DNA from: Thermodesulfobacteriota bacterium
Lineage (GTDB): Bacteria; Desulfobacterota_D; UBA1144; Nemesobacterales; Nemesobacteraceae
Length of the DNA stretch: 64,000 nt
Reading direction: 5' to 3'
NCBI GenBank assembly: GCA_965204795.1
Contig: OZ242012.1
Location: forward strand, 1,683,639 to 1,747,638
Shown: positions 39,421-48,805 of the stretch, piece by piece
Position numbering within the stretch: position 1 is the first letter of the stretch
Layout of the letters: each line of letters opens with the position of its first letter
The notes under the pieces: model-generated
Databases searched by the model: none
What the model saw: only the letters and a program-made list of their open reading frames with translations
Told to the model about the DNA's origin: nothing
Position numbers and translations under genes: made by a program

Positions 39421-40902
39421 ATGACAAAGCGAGTTTTCGCGACAAAATCCCTGGCGGCGCTCTCGCTGCTTCTTTTCGCCGCGACGGTATTCTCCCCGAC
39501 GGCGCTGTCCACGACTTTCACCGAACGCCAGAGGCTTTCTCCTTCGGCTGCCGACAGGGTGCTGTTCGGCGGAGCCGTATCTATTTCCGGCGACACGGCC
39601 ATAGTCGGAAGGGACATGTACAGAAAGCGGGGATCGGCCTACATATTCGATAGAAGTTCTTCGGGCTCGTGGACGCAGACCCAGGAGATAAGCGCCAGCG
39701 ACGGAAACTCCAGTGACCTGTTCGGCTACAGCGTGGCGATTTCGGGAGACAGGGCCATAGTCGGAGCGTTCGGAGTCGACCGCGGAGCGGGCGCGGCGTA
39801 CATATTCGAGAAAAACTCTTCGGGCGCGTGGACGCAGGCCCAGAGACTCACGGCCAACACGGGAATCACTCTGGTCTACACCACCCCCGCCCTGCCGCAG
39901 ACGACGAACCCCAAGGACAGGGAAAACAGGCAACCGCCCAAGCCCGTCGCGACGAATTCCGAAAGAGGGGACGGAGACTGGTACGGCATAAGCGTGGCGA
40001 TTTCGGGCGACACGGCCATGGTGGGAGTGCCTCTGAGCGGCCTTCTTACCCGGAGAGTGGTCTCGGGCAAGGTCTACGTGTATGAGAGAAGTTCCGACGA
40101 CGGCACGTGGGAGCGGGCCGGCGTGCTCGTGGCTTCCGCCGGAGCCGAAGACGACGATTATTTCGGCGGCAGCATCGCGATCTCGGGAAGCACCGCGGTG
40201 ATCGGAGCTTACAAGGAAGAGGGCGAACGGGGGGCGGCCTACGTGTTCGAGAAAGATTCTTCCGGAACATGGACTCAGGTTCAGAAACTCACCGCCGGCG
40301 ACAGGGACCCCAAGGACTCGTTCGGCGGAAGCGTGGCGATTTCGGGCGACATCATAATAGTCGGAGCCGACGAATACGACTTCAACAGGTCGCACGGAGC
40401 GGGGTCGGCGTACATATTCAGGAAGGACTTCGAGCACGGGTCCGACATTCCCTGGACGCAGGAGCGGAAACTCACCGCCGGCGACGCGGCGACCGACGAC
40501 TACTTCGGCGGAAGCGTGGCGATTTCGGGAAACGTCGCGATGGTCGGGGCGATGAGAGACGACAGCCGCACCGGGTCGGTTTACGTGTTCACGGAAAGCT
40601 CTCCGGGCATCTGGTCTCAGACCCAGAAGATCACGGCAAGCGACGCGGCCTCCGGAGGACTGTTCGGATACGCCGCCGGCATGTCGGGAACCAGAGCGAT
40701 AATAGGCGCGCGGGGCGGGACGGGATACCTGTTCGACACGGCTCAGGCGGCGGCCGCGGCGGGCGAGCTTCAGCCGGAACCCATGAGCGGCGGTTGCGCG
40801 GTCTCGGGCGAGACCCGGGAGACGCGGGGTTCGCTCGCAACGCTCGCGCTTGCCGTTCTCGTGCCTTTCATCGGTCGTTTCAGGAAAAAAGACGCCGTCT
40901 GA
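39421..40902 (+). CDS. FG-GAP repeat surface protein (paralog) with the same C-terminal GGCAVSG + TM + basic tail
   Basis: ATG 39421 (MTKRVFATKSLAALSLLLFAATVFS). Same repeat architecture. The C-terminus is SGGCAVSGETRETRGS-LATLALAVLVPFIG-RFRKKDAV. Confidence 0.75.
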   Translation: MTKRVFATKSLAALSLLLFAATVFSPTALSTTFTERQRLSPSAADRVLFGGAVSISGDTAIVGRDMYRKRGSAYIFDRSSSGSWTQTQEISASDGNSSDLFGYSVAISGDRAIVGAFGVDRGAGAAYIFEKNSSGAWTQAQRLTANTGITLVYTTPALPQTTNPKDRENRQPPKPVATNSERGDGDWYGISVAISGDTAMVGVPLSGLLTRRVVSGKVYVYERSSDDGTWERAGVLVASAGAEDDDYFGGSIAISGSTAVIGAYKEEGERGAAYVFEKDSSGTWTQVQKLTAGDRDPKDSFGGSVAISGDIIIVGADEYDFNRSHGAGSAYIFRKDFEHGSDIPWTQERKLTAGDAATDDYFGGSVAISGNVAMVGAMRDDSRTGSVYVFTESSPGIWSQTQKITASDAASGGLFGYAAGMSGTRAIIGARGGTGYLFDTAQAAAAAGELQPEPMSGGCAVSGETRETRGSLATLALAVLVPFIGRFRKKDAV

Positions 40903-40932
40903 ACGTTCCGCAAAGATTCCGGAGGAATAAAA

Positions 40933-41709
40933 ATGAAGGCATTCAGTCCATACCAGCGTCTTCGGGCGTCCGCCGCGATAATCGGGATACTCTGCGTCTG
41001 TCTCGGAGGAACTCCCGCGACGGCCGACGACAGGCCATGGTACGTGACGGGACTGGCAAGCGTCGTCTTTTCGCAGAACGCGGATTTCAACTCCCCGCAG
41101 GCGCTCGGAACCGGACAGAGGATCGACCTTCGGGGAGACATAACGTTTAACGTCGGCGGGGGCGCTGGTATCGCCGCGGGACGCGTCTGGAACGATTTCA
41201 GGATCGAAGGCGAAGGTCTCTGGCTCAAAGCCGGCCTCGACGACGTCGAGGTCTCCCGGCACATGGGAAGTCCCGTGACGAGCGAGCAGGAAGCCAGGCT
41301 CGAGAGGGTTCTTGACGTGAGCGGAAACATGAGCGTGTGGACGGGCATGGTAAACGTCCACTACGACGTTCCGACGGGGAAGGCTCTTCGGCCCTACGTG
41401 GGAGCCGGAGCGGGAACCGCCCACGCCTTCATGAACAAAAAGGCTTCAATCGGCAACACTCTCAGGGACGGCACCACGGTCGAGTTCGCAACGGACGACA
41501 AGGACGAGGACCGCTGGGGATTCTGCTGGCAGGCCCGGGCGGGAGTGGGTTTCAGCCTGTCGGAGTCGCTCACCGTTCAGCTGGGCTACCGCTTCGTTCA
41601 CCTGCCGTCTCTCAAATTCCACCTGTTCGAGGACCTCGTCGAAAATCCCACGATCGTCACCATAAAGCCTCTCCACGCGGTCGACCTGGGGCTTCGTCTG
41701 AATTTCTGA
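40933..41709 (+). CDS. outer-membrane beta-barrel protein (OmpA/OmpW-like porin family)
   Basis: Signal peptide, alternating amphipathic strands, and the terminal ...LGLRLNF ending in an aromatic residue. Confidence 0.65.
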   Translation: MKAFSPYQRLRASAAIIGILCVCLGGTPATADDRPWYVTGLASVVFSQNADFNSPQALGTGQRIDLRGDITFNVGGGAGIAAGRVWNDFRIEGEGLWLKAGLDDVEVSRHMGSPVTSEQEARLERVLDVSGNMSVWTGMVNVHYDVPTGKALRPYVGAGAGTAHAFMNKKASIGNTLRDGTTVEFATDDKDEDRWGFCWQARAGVGFSLSESLTVQLGYRFVHLPSLKFHLFEDLVENPTIVTIKPLHAVDLGLRLNF

Positions 41710-41712
41710 GAT

Positions 41713-41949
41713 TCATTCCGCCGAGATTATGAAATCGCAGAGACTGTCGAGGTTCGAAAGAACCCCGGGGACGACTTCGGACTCGTCGATCGAGATCCCG
41801 AGCTCTTCCTCAAGCTCAATGATGAATTCCAGGGTCGAAACGGAATCGACGCCCACTCCCAGCTCGAAAAGAGACCTGTCCGGGGATATGTCGCCGGGAG
41901 CCGTGTCCGGGCAGAACCTGCGGACGACGAGACTTCTCACCTTCTCCAT
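41713..41949 (-). CDS. acyl carrier protein-like (phosphopantetheine attachment site)
   Basis: LGVGVDSVSTLEFIIELEEELGI matches the ACP DSL/helix II motif. ATG at 41949. The track ORF extends artefactually to 42936. Confidence 0.7.
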   Translation of the reverse strand: MEKVRSLVVRRFCPDTAPGDISPDRSLFELGVGVDSVSTLEFIIELEEELGISIDESEVVPGVLSNLDSLCDFIISAE

Positions 41950-41969
41950 AAGGACCTGTTTTTTTCCGC

Positions 41970-43415
41970 TCACAGAAGCTTCTCCCTGAGCACCTTTCCC
42001 GCGGGGCTTTTGGGAAGTCGGTCCGCGAATTCCACTCTCGAGGGAATCTTGTAGGCCGAGAGCTTTCCCCTGCAGAAATCCGCCACGTCCTCCCCCGAAA
42101 GTCCGTCGGCTACGACAAACGCCTTTACCCGTTCTCCGCCCGCGCCGCCCGAAACCCCCACGACCGCGGCTTCCGTTATTTTCTCGTGAGTCATCAGAAG
42201 ATTTTCCACCTCGTAAGGATCCACCTTGTTTCCCGAGACGTTGATGAAAAGCTTTTTTCTCCCGCGCAGGAAAAGATAACCGTCCCCGTCGAACGTTCCG
42301 ACGTCCCCCGTATGGTAAAAGCCGTCTCTGAACGCCCTCGCGGTCTCCTCGGGAAAATCCACGTAACCGTCCGTCATGGAAGGGCTCCTGACGACGACCT
42401 CGCCCTCGCCGCCCGCGGAAAGAGTCTCCCCGGTTTCCGAAACCACCCTGATCTCGACGTTTCTTACCGGCCGCCCGACAGAAAGCCGCTTTTCCACTAT
42501 GTCTTCGGCGAGATTGACGGTCATCACTCCGGTTTCGGACGAGCCGTAGAGCTGGCGCGGGTACACCCCGAAAGCCCCGTGGAAGGAAAAAAACGTGCTC
42601 TCTCCCAGCGGGGCTCCCGCGGAAATCACGTGTCTGAGGGACGAGAGGTCGCGTTCGGCGGAGATCCTCGAGCGGGAAAGCGTATCCAGCATGAAGGGAA
42701 CGGCCGGAAAGACGGTTGTTTTTTCCCTCTCGACGGTCTCGAGAACCCGCTTCCTCGAAAATCCCGCGAGAAAACAGCACAACGCCCCGACGCTCACGGC
42801 GCTTACGAAGTTTCCAAGCCCGTAGGTATGCGACACGGGAACCGAAAAAAGAATCCTGTCTTCGCGGTCCCAGTCCATCGTGGCCGTGTGATTGTCGGCA
42901 AGGGCCGTCATGTTGCGGTGGGTTCTGGCCACGCATTTCGGCTTTCCGGTGGAACCCGTGGAAAAAAGATAGACTGCCGGGCTATCGGCCGAGATTTCCC
43001 GCGCCGGAACGGTTCCCCTTTCTTCGAAATCGGCGGGGGTGACGGCGACTTTCTCCGCGGCGCCGACCGCGGAATCCAGGGTCCCGTAAAGCGGGGGAGT
43101 CGTGACGACGAGAGCGGGTTTTGAGAATTCGACGCAGCGCCTTATCTCTTCCGACCCGCTGGCGGCGTCCACGGGAACCGAAACCGCTCCCAACCTCGCC
43201 ACGGAGAAAAGCGAGACGGCAAGCTCCAGGGAATTGGGAAGAAAAAGACAGACTTTTTTCCCCTCCGACACTCCCCTGCCGGAGAGAAACGCGCAGAAAC
43301 CGTCCACAAGACCGCAGAGCCGCTCGTAGCTGTACGTCTCGCCCCCGCACCGGACGGCGGGTCTTTTGGAATTGCGCCCGAGGTTGGAGTAAAGCAGCCG
43401 CGAATAGTCGTTCAT
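41970..43415 (-). CDS. AMP-dependent synthetase/ligase (acyl-CoA / acyl-carrier adenylating enzyme, ANL superfamily)
   Basis: YLFSTGSTGKPKCV (the AMP-binding motif), YGSSETG, GDVGTFDGDGYLFLRGRKK, GKVLREKL. ATG at 43415 overlaps the argC stop by 1 nt (TGATG). Confidence 0.85.
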   Translation of the reverse strand: MNDYSRLLYSNLGRNSKRPAVRCGGETYSYERLCGLVDGFCAFLSGRGVSEGKKVCLFLPNSLELAVSLFSVARLGAVSVPVDAASGSEEIRRCVEFSKPALVVTTPPLYGTLDSAVGAAEKVAVTPADFEERGTVPAREISADSPAVYLFSTGSTGKPKCVARTHRNMTALADNHTATMDWDREDRILFSVPVSHTYGLGNFVSAVSVGALCCFLAGFSRKRVLETVEREKTTVFPAVPFMLDTLSRSRISAERDLSSLRHVISAGAPLGESTFFSFHGAFGVYPRQLYGSSETGVMTVNLAEDIVEKRLSVGRPVRNVEIRVVSETGETLSAGGEGEVVVRSPSMTDGYVDFPEETARAFRDGFYHTGDVGTFDGDGYLFLRGRKKLFINVSGNKVDPYEVENLLMTHEKITEAAVVGVSGGAGGERVKAFVVADGLSGEDVADFCRGKLSAYKIPSRVEFADRLPKSPAGKVLREKLL

Positions 43416-44428
43416 CACGGAAAAACGGGAATATGCCCGAGTCCTTCGTCCTCGGGAAAGCCGAAGACGATGTTCATGTTCTGAACCGCCTGCCCGGCGG
43501 CTCCCTTCATGAGATTGTCGAGAACCGAAACGACGACGAGGCGGTCTTCCTGAGTTCCGAATCCCACGTCGAGAAAATTCGAGCCCGCGACTCCCGACAC
43601 GCCCGGAAGCCCGCTTTCGAGAACCCGCACGAAACCGTCCTTTCCGTAGAACCCGCGGCAGGCCGCGGCCGCGGCGTCGGGGTCGATCTTCGGGCGGGTC
43701 TTTACGTACGAAACCGCCATTATCCCCCTTTTGAGAGGAACGCGGGTGTTTACGAACACAAGCTCCCTCCGCCTCCGCCCGCAGAAAACGTCGAGCGCGC
43801 GCAGAATCTCGCCTTTCTGGGCGTGTCCCCCCGCGTCTTCCACCGACACCTCCGACGCGGCCTCGGAGAAATGGCTCTCCAGCCTGGCCGCCCTCCCCGA
43901 AGTCGAAACCGAGGACTTGAGGTCGACGACCATTTCCTCTTCCGCTCGGGCGGTCCCCAGAAAGGGCGCCACGGCCAGCAGTACGCAGGTGGAGTAGCAT
44001 CCGGGGTTCGCCACCAGGCGGGCGTCTTTTATCTTCTCCCTGTTCAGTTCGCAGAGACCGTAGACCGGCCGCGGGAAAATCCCGCCGTTTCCTTCCCCGT
44101 CCCCCAGCGCCGAGTCTCTCAGGTCGGGACCGAGGTCGATCACCCTGGCGCCCTTTTCAAGAAATTTCCTTACGAAGACCGCGGAAGTTCCGCCCGGAAG
44201 ACAGGAAAACACGAGGTCGAGGGGACCCGCGCCGTCGGTTTTCGACACGGAAACCAGGGGAAGGTCGACGCGGCCGGCGAGGTGGGGAAAAGCCTCGTCG
44301 GCGGTTTTTCCGGAAAACTTCTCGGAGGTAAGCAGGCGAAGGCCGACCTGCGGATGACCGGAAAGAACGGACAGGAGCTGCTGTCCCACGTAGCCCGTAA
44401 CTCCCAGGATTGCGGTTCTGAGCTTCAT
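43415..44428 (-). CDS. argC: N-acetyl-gamma-glutamyl-phosphate reductase (ArgC family semialdehyde dehydrogenase)
   Basis: AILGVTGYVGQQLL (the NAD(P)-binding Rossmann motif) and NPGCYSTCVLLAVAPF (active-site Cys). Confidence 0.8.
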   Translation of the reverse strand: MKLRTAILGVTGYVGQQLLSVLSGHPQVGLRLLTSEKFSGKTADEAFPHLAGRVDLPLVSVSKTDGAGPLDLVFSCLPGGTSAVFVRKFLEKGARVIDLGPDLRDSALGDGEGNGGIFPRPVYGLCELNREKIKDARLVANPGCYSTCVLLAVAPFLGTARAEEEMVVDLKSSVSTSGRAARLESHFSEAASEVSVEDAGGHAQKGEILRALDVFCGRRRRELVFVNTRVPLKRGIMAVSYVKTRPKIDPDAAAAACRGFYGKDGFVRVLESGLPGVSGVAGSNFLDVGFGTQEDRLVVVSVLDNLMKGAAGQAVQNMNIVFGFPEDEGLGHIPVFP

Positions 44429-44557
44429 GATTTCCGCCGCGGGGAGCCGGCCGTCTTCGAGAAGGATTCGCCCCGGACGGGACCGGTTTCCCGAAAAGAA
44501 TATAACCTCAAAACATCTTTCGTCTGAACGCGAAGGAACCCGCCGCGGCGGAAAATC

Positions 44558-45886
44558 CTATCTTCCGTTTTCAAGGCCCTGGCCGGTCGCGTTTTTGAAA
44601 ACCTTGGTGAGCCAATGGTCTATGCCCTTCTGGGAGGATTCCCCGATAAGGGTTTTCACCTCTTTGAGGGGAATCACGGCCTTGGCGTAGGACCTGTGCC
44701 CCCCGGCGCTTCCTATCTCGTCGAACAGCTCGAAGAGAAGCCGCCCCGCGCTTTTCATGAACCCCAGGTTTCTCACCGATATCACGAGATGCGAATTGGA
44801 CACTATTCCGAAGGCGACGGCCCACTGAACCCCCTCCACCCTGATTCCCATGTCGGCGAGCTGGGAAATGAGATGCTCCTTCTCTATCCTCCCCAGGTCC
44901 ATGAAGATTATGTCGTTCTCTATCCAGTGTCCCTTGAGCGCCTCCCCGTAGCACTTTATCTCCTCGGAGTATATGTTCTTGGACTCTATTTTCCGAAGCA
45001 GGCCGAGGTCGGCCCGGTTGTAGAGATAGGTGAAAGCCTCGAGATCGTCGAGGTCCGCGCCCCTGTTGAGGGTTATGGTGTCGGTCTTTATGCCGTAGAG
45101 AAGGGCGGTGGAGAGCTTCTCCGATATGTCGACCTGGGCGGCGCGCAGGAACCTCGTCATGATGGTGGCCGTGGCTCCTTCCTCCGAACTTATCTCGGTG
45201 AACTTCGCGTAGCACTCTATGGGGTTCGGATGATGGTCGATCACGGAATCGACTTCGGCGATCGTCCCCGCGAAATACGAAGGCTGCACGTCGACGAGGG
45301 CTATCGAGTCGAAGGTCTTTATTTCCTCTTCGGAAATCACCTTTATGTCTATGTCCATGAGCTCCACCATGGCGATGTTCTCGGGCCTCGATATCTTCTC
45401 CCCGAAGTAGCCTATGGTGGCGGTCCTCTTGTTTCTCTTAAGAAGCGTGCGAAGCGCCATGGCGCTCGATATGCAGTCGGGGTCGGGCTGGTTGTGAACG
45501 AGTATGAGAAGCTTCTTGGCTTCATGGTGAACGTCGCGAAGCTCCCTCACGCGTATCTCGGTCTCGGCCAGGCGCTCCTCCCACGATATCTGGCTGTCCA
45601 CCACGTCGTCGAACTTCACGTACCTGACCGAATCGTAGTCCCTCTCCCCCTCGCCGTCGGTGGAGACCACGATGGGATTTTCCGGATAGTTCCGCGAAAG
45701 GGCCGAGAGCACGTCCCTGTTCGAAAGCTTGTGATCTATCACTATGAGGGTGAAGCCGCCCGACTGGTTGAGGGCGTCCTCGGCGGAGTTCACCTGTATC
45801 ACGTGGCCCCTGTTTCTGAAAAGGCTCATCAGAAGCAGGTCGAAATCCCCGATGAACATGTATCTTTTCTTTCCGTTGGAAGTCAT
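44558..45886 (-). CDS. DHH-DHHA1 phosphoesterase (NrnA-like) with an N-terminal degenerate receiver-like domain
   Basis: Central DHH (VLILVHNQPDPDCISSAMAL ... LVDVQ ... IDHH) and C-terminal DHHA1 (GSAGGHRSYAKAV). The N-terminal about 110 aa resembles a CheY-like fold (KRYMFIGDFDLLL ... LIVIDHKLS). Start taken at ATG 45886. Confidence 0.7.
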   Translation of the reverse strand: MTSNGKKRYMFIGDFDLLLMSLFRNRGHVIQVNSAEDALNQSGGFTLIVIDHKLSNRDVLSALSRNYPENPIVVSTDGEGERDYDSVRYVKFDDVVDSQISWEERLAETEIRVRELRDVHHEAKKLLILVHNQPDPDCISSAMALRTLLKRNKRTATIGYFGEKISRPENIAMVELMDIDIKVISEEEIKTFDSIALVDVQPSYFAGTIAEVDSVIDHHPNPIECYAKFTEISSEEGATATIMTRFLRAAQVDISEKLSTALLYGIKTDTITLNRGADLDDLEAFTYLYNRADLGLLRKIESKNIYSEEIKCYGEALKGHWIENDIIFMDLGRIEKEHLISQLADMGIRVEGVQWAVAFGIVSNSHLVISVRNLGFMKSAGRLLFELFDEIGSAGGHRSYAKAVIPLKEVKTLIGESSQKGIDHWLTKVFKNATGQGLENGR

Positions 45887-45908
45887 GACTTCTTCGGGGC
45901 GCGACGGC

Positions 45909-46706
45909 TCATCTGGAACACGCGGCACTGAGTTCCTCCGTGAAGCTGGAAACGCCGGCCAGCATCTCTTCCCTGGCGCCGCCCTGCTCTATTATCCTCA
46001 CAAGCGCGCTTCCGACTATCACGGCGTCGGAAAAAGAGGATATGGCCTCCGCCTGCTCGGCCGAAGACACCCCGAAACCGACCCCGACGGGAAGCGAGCA
46101 GCGGCTCCTGATGCGGGCGACGAGATCCCGAAGGTCGTAGTCCATGCCGGGGCGGGCTCCCGTGACTCCGGTAAGCGACACCAGGTAGATGAAGCCGGAG
46201 GCGTTTTTCGCCACCATCTCCACGCGCTCCTCGGTGCTGGTCGGGGCGAGCAGAAACACCAGGTCCAGCCCCTGCTCAAGCGCGTGGGCCCGAAGCTCTC
46301 CGGCTTCCTCGGGCGGCAGGTCCACGACCAGCACCCCGTCCGCTCCCGCCTCGCGGGCGTCGCGGGCGAACTTTTCCGTCCCGTAGGCGAAAAAGGGGTT
46401 GTAGTAGCCGAACAGTATTACCGGAATATCGGAGGTCTTCCTGATCCTTCCGACCAGATCCAGAACGTCGCGCAGGGACGTTCCGCCCCGAAGGGCCCTT
46501 TCGGAAGCCGCCTGGATCACGGGACCGTCCGCCATGGGATCGGAGAACGGAACGCCTATTTCCACCATGTCGGCCCCGCTCGAATCCAGGCGGGCGACGA
46601 GCTCCTCGGTAAGGCCGATGTCGGGATCCCCGGCGGTGACGTAGCAGATGAGAGCCGCCCTGTCTTCCGCCTCCATCTCCCGGAATTTGTCCTCTATCCT
46701 TCCCAT
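45909..46706 (-). CDS. trpA: tryptophan synthase alpha chain
   Basis: ALICYVTAGDPD, EIGVPFSDPMADGPVIQ. Confidence 0.9.
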   Translation of the reverse strand: MGRIEDKFREMEAEDRAALICYVTAGDPDIGLTEELVARLDSSGADMVEIGVPFSDPMADGPVIQAASERALRGGTSLRDVLDLVGRIRKTSDIPVILFGYYNPFFAYGTEKFARDAREAGADGVLVVDLPPEEAGELRAHALEQGLDLVFLLAPTSTEERVEMVAKNASGFIYLVSLTGVTGARPGMDYDLRDLVARIRSRCSLPVGVGFGVSSAEQAEAISSFSDAVIVGSALVRIIEQGGAREEMLAGVSSFTEELSAACSR

Positions 46707-46878
46707 GACGTTAGGGGGACGCTACGGGCCCGGAAAAAACCCGGAACCGGAATCGGAAAGCAGAAAGAACACGGCAGAAACGCCCTCACCCTAGGAAATC
46801 TTTATATACGCGCGCGGGGGCGTTGTCAAGCGGGAAACGGGGCGGCGGAAGCCGCCGGAAAACCCGCCCTGGGCGTCC

Positions 46879-48078
46879 TCACGGAAGTCCCGAAACCGCG
46901 GTTATGTCCTTGTCCCCCCTTCCCGAAAGACACACCACGATCACGCTGTCGGGGGACATGGAAGGAGCTATTTTTCTCACGTGGGCGACGGCGTGGGCGG
47001 TCTCGAGCGCCGGGATTATCCCTTCGGTTTCCGATAGAAAGGAAAAGGCCGAAAGCGCCTCCTCGTCGGTCACCGAAGCGTACTCCGCCATTCCCGTTTC
47101 GTGAAAGTGGGAGTGCTCGGGACCCACCCCCGGGTAGTCGAGACCCGCGGCCACGGAATGAGCTCCCCTCACCTGCCCGTCCGCGTCCTGGAGCAGATAG
47201 GTCTTGCTTCCGTGAAGAACCCCGACGGACCCCGCGGTTATGGTGGCAGAGTGACTGCCGGTTTCCAGACCGTGTCCGGCGGCCTCGACGCCGATCTTTC
47301 TCACCGCCCCGTCCTCCATGAAGGGGAAAAAAAGTCCCATGGCGTTCGAACCGCCCCCGACGCACGCGACCAGAACGTCTGGGAGCCTTCCCTCTAGCGC
47401 AAGCGCCTGCTCCCTCGCCTCCCTCCCTATCACGGACTGAAAGTCCCTCACCATCAGGGGATAGGGATGGGGACCCGCCACGCTCCCTATTATGTAGAAG
47501 GTGTTCCTCACGTTCGTGACCCAGTCCCTCATGGCCTCGTTCATCGCGTCCTTGAGGGTCGCGGTGCCGGAGGCCACGGGGCGGACTTCCGCCCCCAGAA
47601 GCTTCATGCGGAAAACGTTGAGCTGCTGTCTGCCGATGTCCTCCTCCCCCATGTATACGACGCACTCGCTGTCGAGCAGCGCGGCCACGGTCGCGGTGGC
47701 GACGCCGTGCTGCCCCGCGCCCGTTTCGGCTATTATCCTCCGCTTGTTCATCCTGCGGGCGAGCACCGCCTGGCCTATAGTGTTGTTTATCTTGTGCGCT
47801 CCGGTGTGGGCGAGGTCCTCTCTTTTGAGGTATATCTTCGCTCCGCCGAGCTTCTCGGTCATGGCGCGGGCGAAGTAAAGCGGGGTCGGACGCCCGACGT
47901 ACTCGTCGAGGTAGCGGTCTATCTCCCCGCGGAACGTCGGGTCGGGCGAGGCCTCCCCGTAGGCTCCGGCGAGCTCTATGAGAGCCGGCATCAGGGTTTC
48001 GGAGACGTACCTGCCTCCGAATTCTCCGAAACGACCCTTCTCGTCGGGAAAGGCGTAGTTACCCGCGGTCTTCTCCAT
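46879..48078 (-). CDS. trpB: tryptophan synthase beta chain
   Basis: [32 protein letters not shown] (PLP lysine), [10 protein letters not shown]. Confidence 0.95.
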   Translation of the reverse strand: MEKTAGNYAFPDEKGRFGEFGGRYVSETLMPALIELAGAYGEASPDPTFRGEIDRYLDEYVGRPTPLYFARAMTEKLGGAKIYLKREDLAHTGAHKINNTIGQAVLARRMNKRRIIAETGAGQHGVATATVAALLDSECVVYMGEEDIGRQQLNVFRMKLLGAEVRPVASGTATLKDAMNEAMRDWVTNVRNTFYIIGSVAGPHPYPLMVRDFQSVIGREAREQALALEGRLPDVLVACVGGGSNAMGLFFPFMEDGAVRKIGVEAAGHGLETGSHSATITAGSVGVLHGSKTYLLQDADGQVRGAHSVAAGLDYPGVGPEHSHFHETGMAEYASVTDEEALSAFSFLSETEGIIPALETAHAVAHVRKIAPSMSPDSVIVVCLSGRGDKDITAVSGLP

Positions 48079-48685
48079 TTCTCGCGGCCTCCATGAACCG
48101 TCTGAGTTTCGAATGATCCTTCACCCCGGGCGAAGCCTCCACCCCGGAGCTCACGTCCACGGCGTGGGGACGCACCTCGCGCACCGCCCGGGAAACGTTT
48201 TCGCAGTCGAGGCCTCCAGAGAGAATCACGAACCTGCCCGAAAGTACATCCGAGTCGAGCGTCTCCCAGGAAAAGCCCTTTCCGGTTCCCCCGTAGGCGT
48301 CGGGCGACCAGCCGTCGAACAGAAAGCAGTCGGTGTCGTAGAGACCGACCGCCGAGAGGCTCTGCGGGCCCCTCACCCTCACGGCCTTTATGTAGCGTTC
48401 TCCGAGCCCGGAACAGAACTCCGGCGTCTCGTCCCCGTGGAGCTGGTACACGTCGAAACCGGCCTCCCGCTTCGCCCTCGCGAGAAAATCCATGCCGGCG
48501 TTCACGAACACCCCTACCCTGGTGACGAAGGGAGGAAGTCCGTCCATTATGTCCCTCGCCTCCCCGAAAGTCACGAACCTGGGGCTTTTCTCGTAGAAGA
48601 CGAATCCCAGGGCGTCGGCTCCCAGTTCGGCGGCGAAAAGCGCGTCGCGAAGGTTGGTTATTCCGCACACCTTGATCCTGATCAT
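48059..48685 (-). CDS. trpF: phosphoribosylanthranilate isomerase
   Basis: [30 protein letters not shown] ... YQLHGDE. 20-nt overlap with trpB. Confidence 0.85.
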   Translation of the reverse strand: MIRIKVCGITNLRDALFAAELGADALGFVFYEKSPRFVTFGEARDIMDGLPPFVTRVGVFVNAGMDFLARAKREAGFDVYQLHGDETPEFCSGLGERYIKAVRVRGPQSLSAVGLYDTDCFLFDGWSPDAYGGTGKGFSWETLDSDVLSGRFVILSGGLDCENVSRAVREVRPHAVDVSSGVEASPGVKDHSKLRRFMEAARNGEDRG

Positions 48686-48728
48686 TTGCGGTTAATGCTA
48701 ACCGATGGCGCGGAATTGACTAACGAAA

Positions 48729-48768
48729 CGAAGCCTCCGGGCGCCGTCGACGGCGCCCGGAGGCTTCG
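48729..48768 (-). terminator. intrinsic-terminator-like hairpin downstream of oprP (perfect 18-bp stem, GTCGAC loop, weak U-tract on the minus strand)
   Basis: cgaagcctccgggcgccgtcgacggcgcccggaggcttcg is a perfect inverted repeat. The minus strand continues ...TTTCGTTA. Confidence 0.5.
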
Positions 48769-48805
48769 CTGAAGCAACGGTTAAGGAAGGAGAAAAAACC
48801 CGTTC

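Noticed and set aside
41713-42936. 407-aa track ORF at the ACP locus
   Set aside because: Only the last 78 aa form the ACP-like protein. The remainder overlaps the AMP-ligase gene in another frame and is Arg/Gly-rich.
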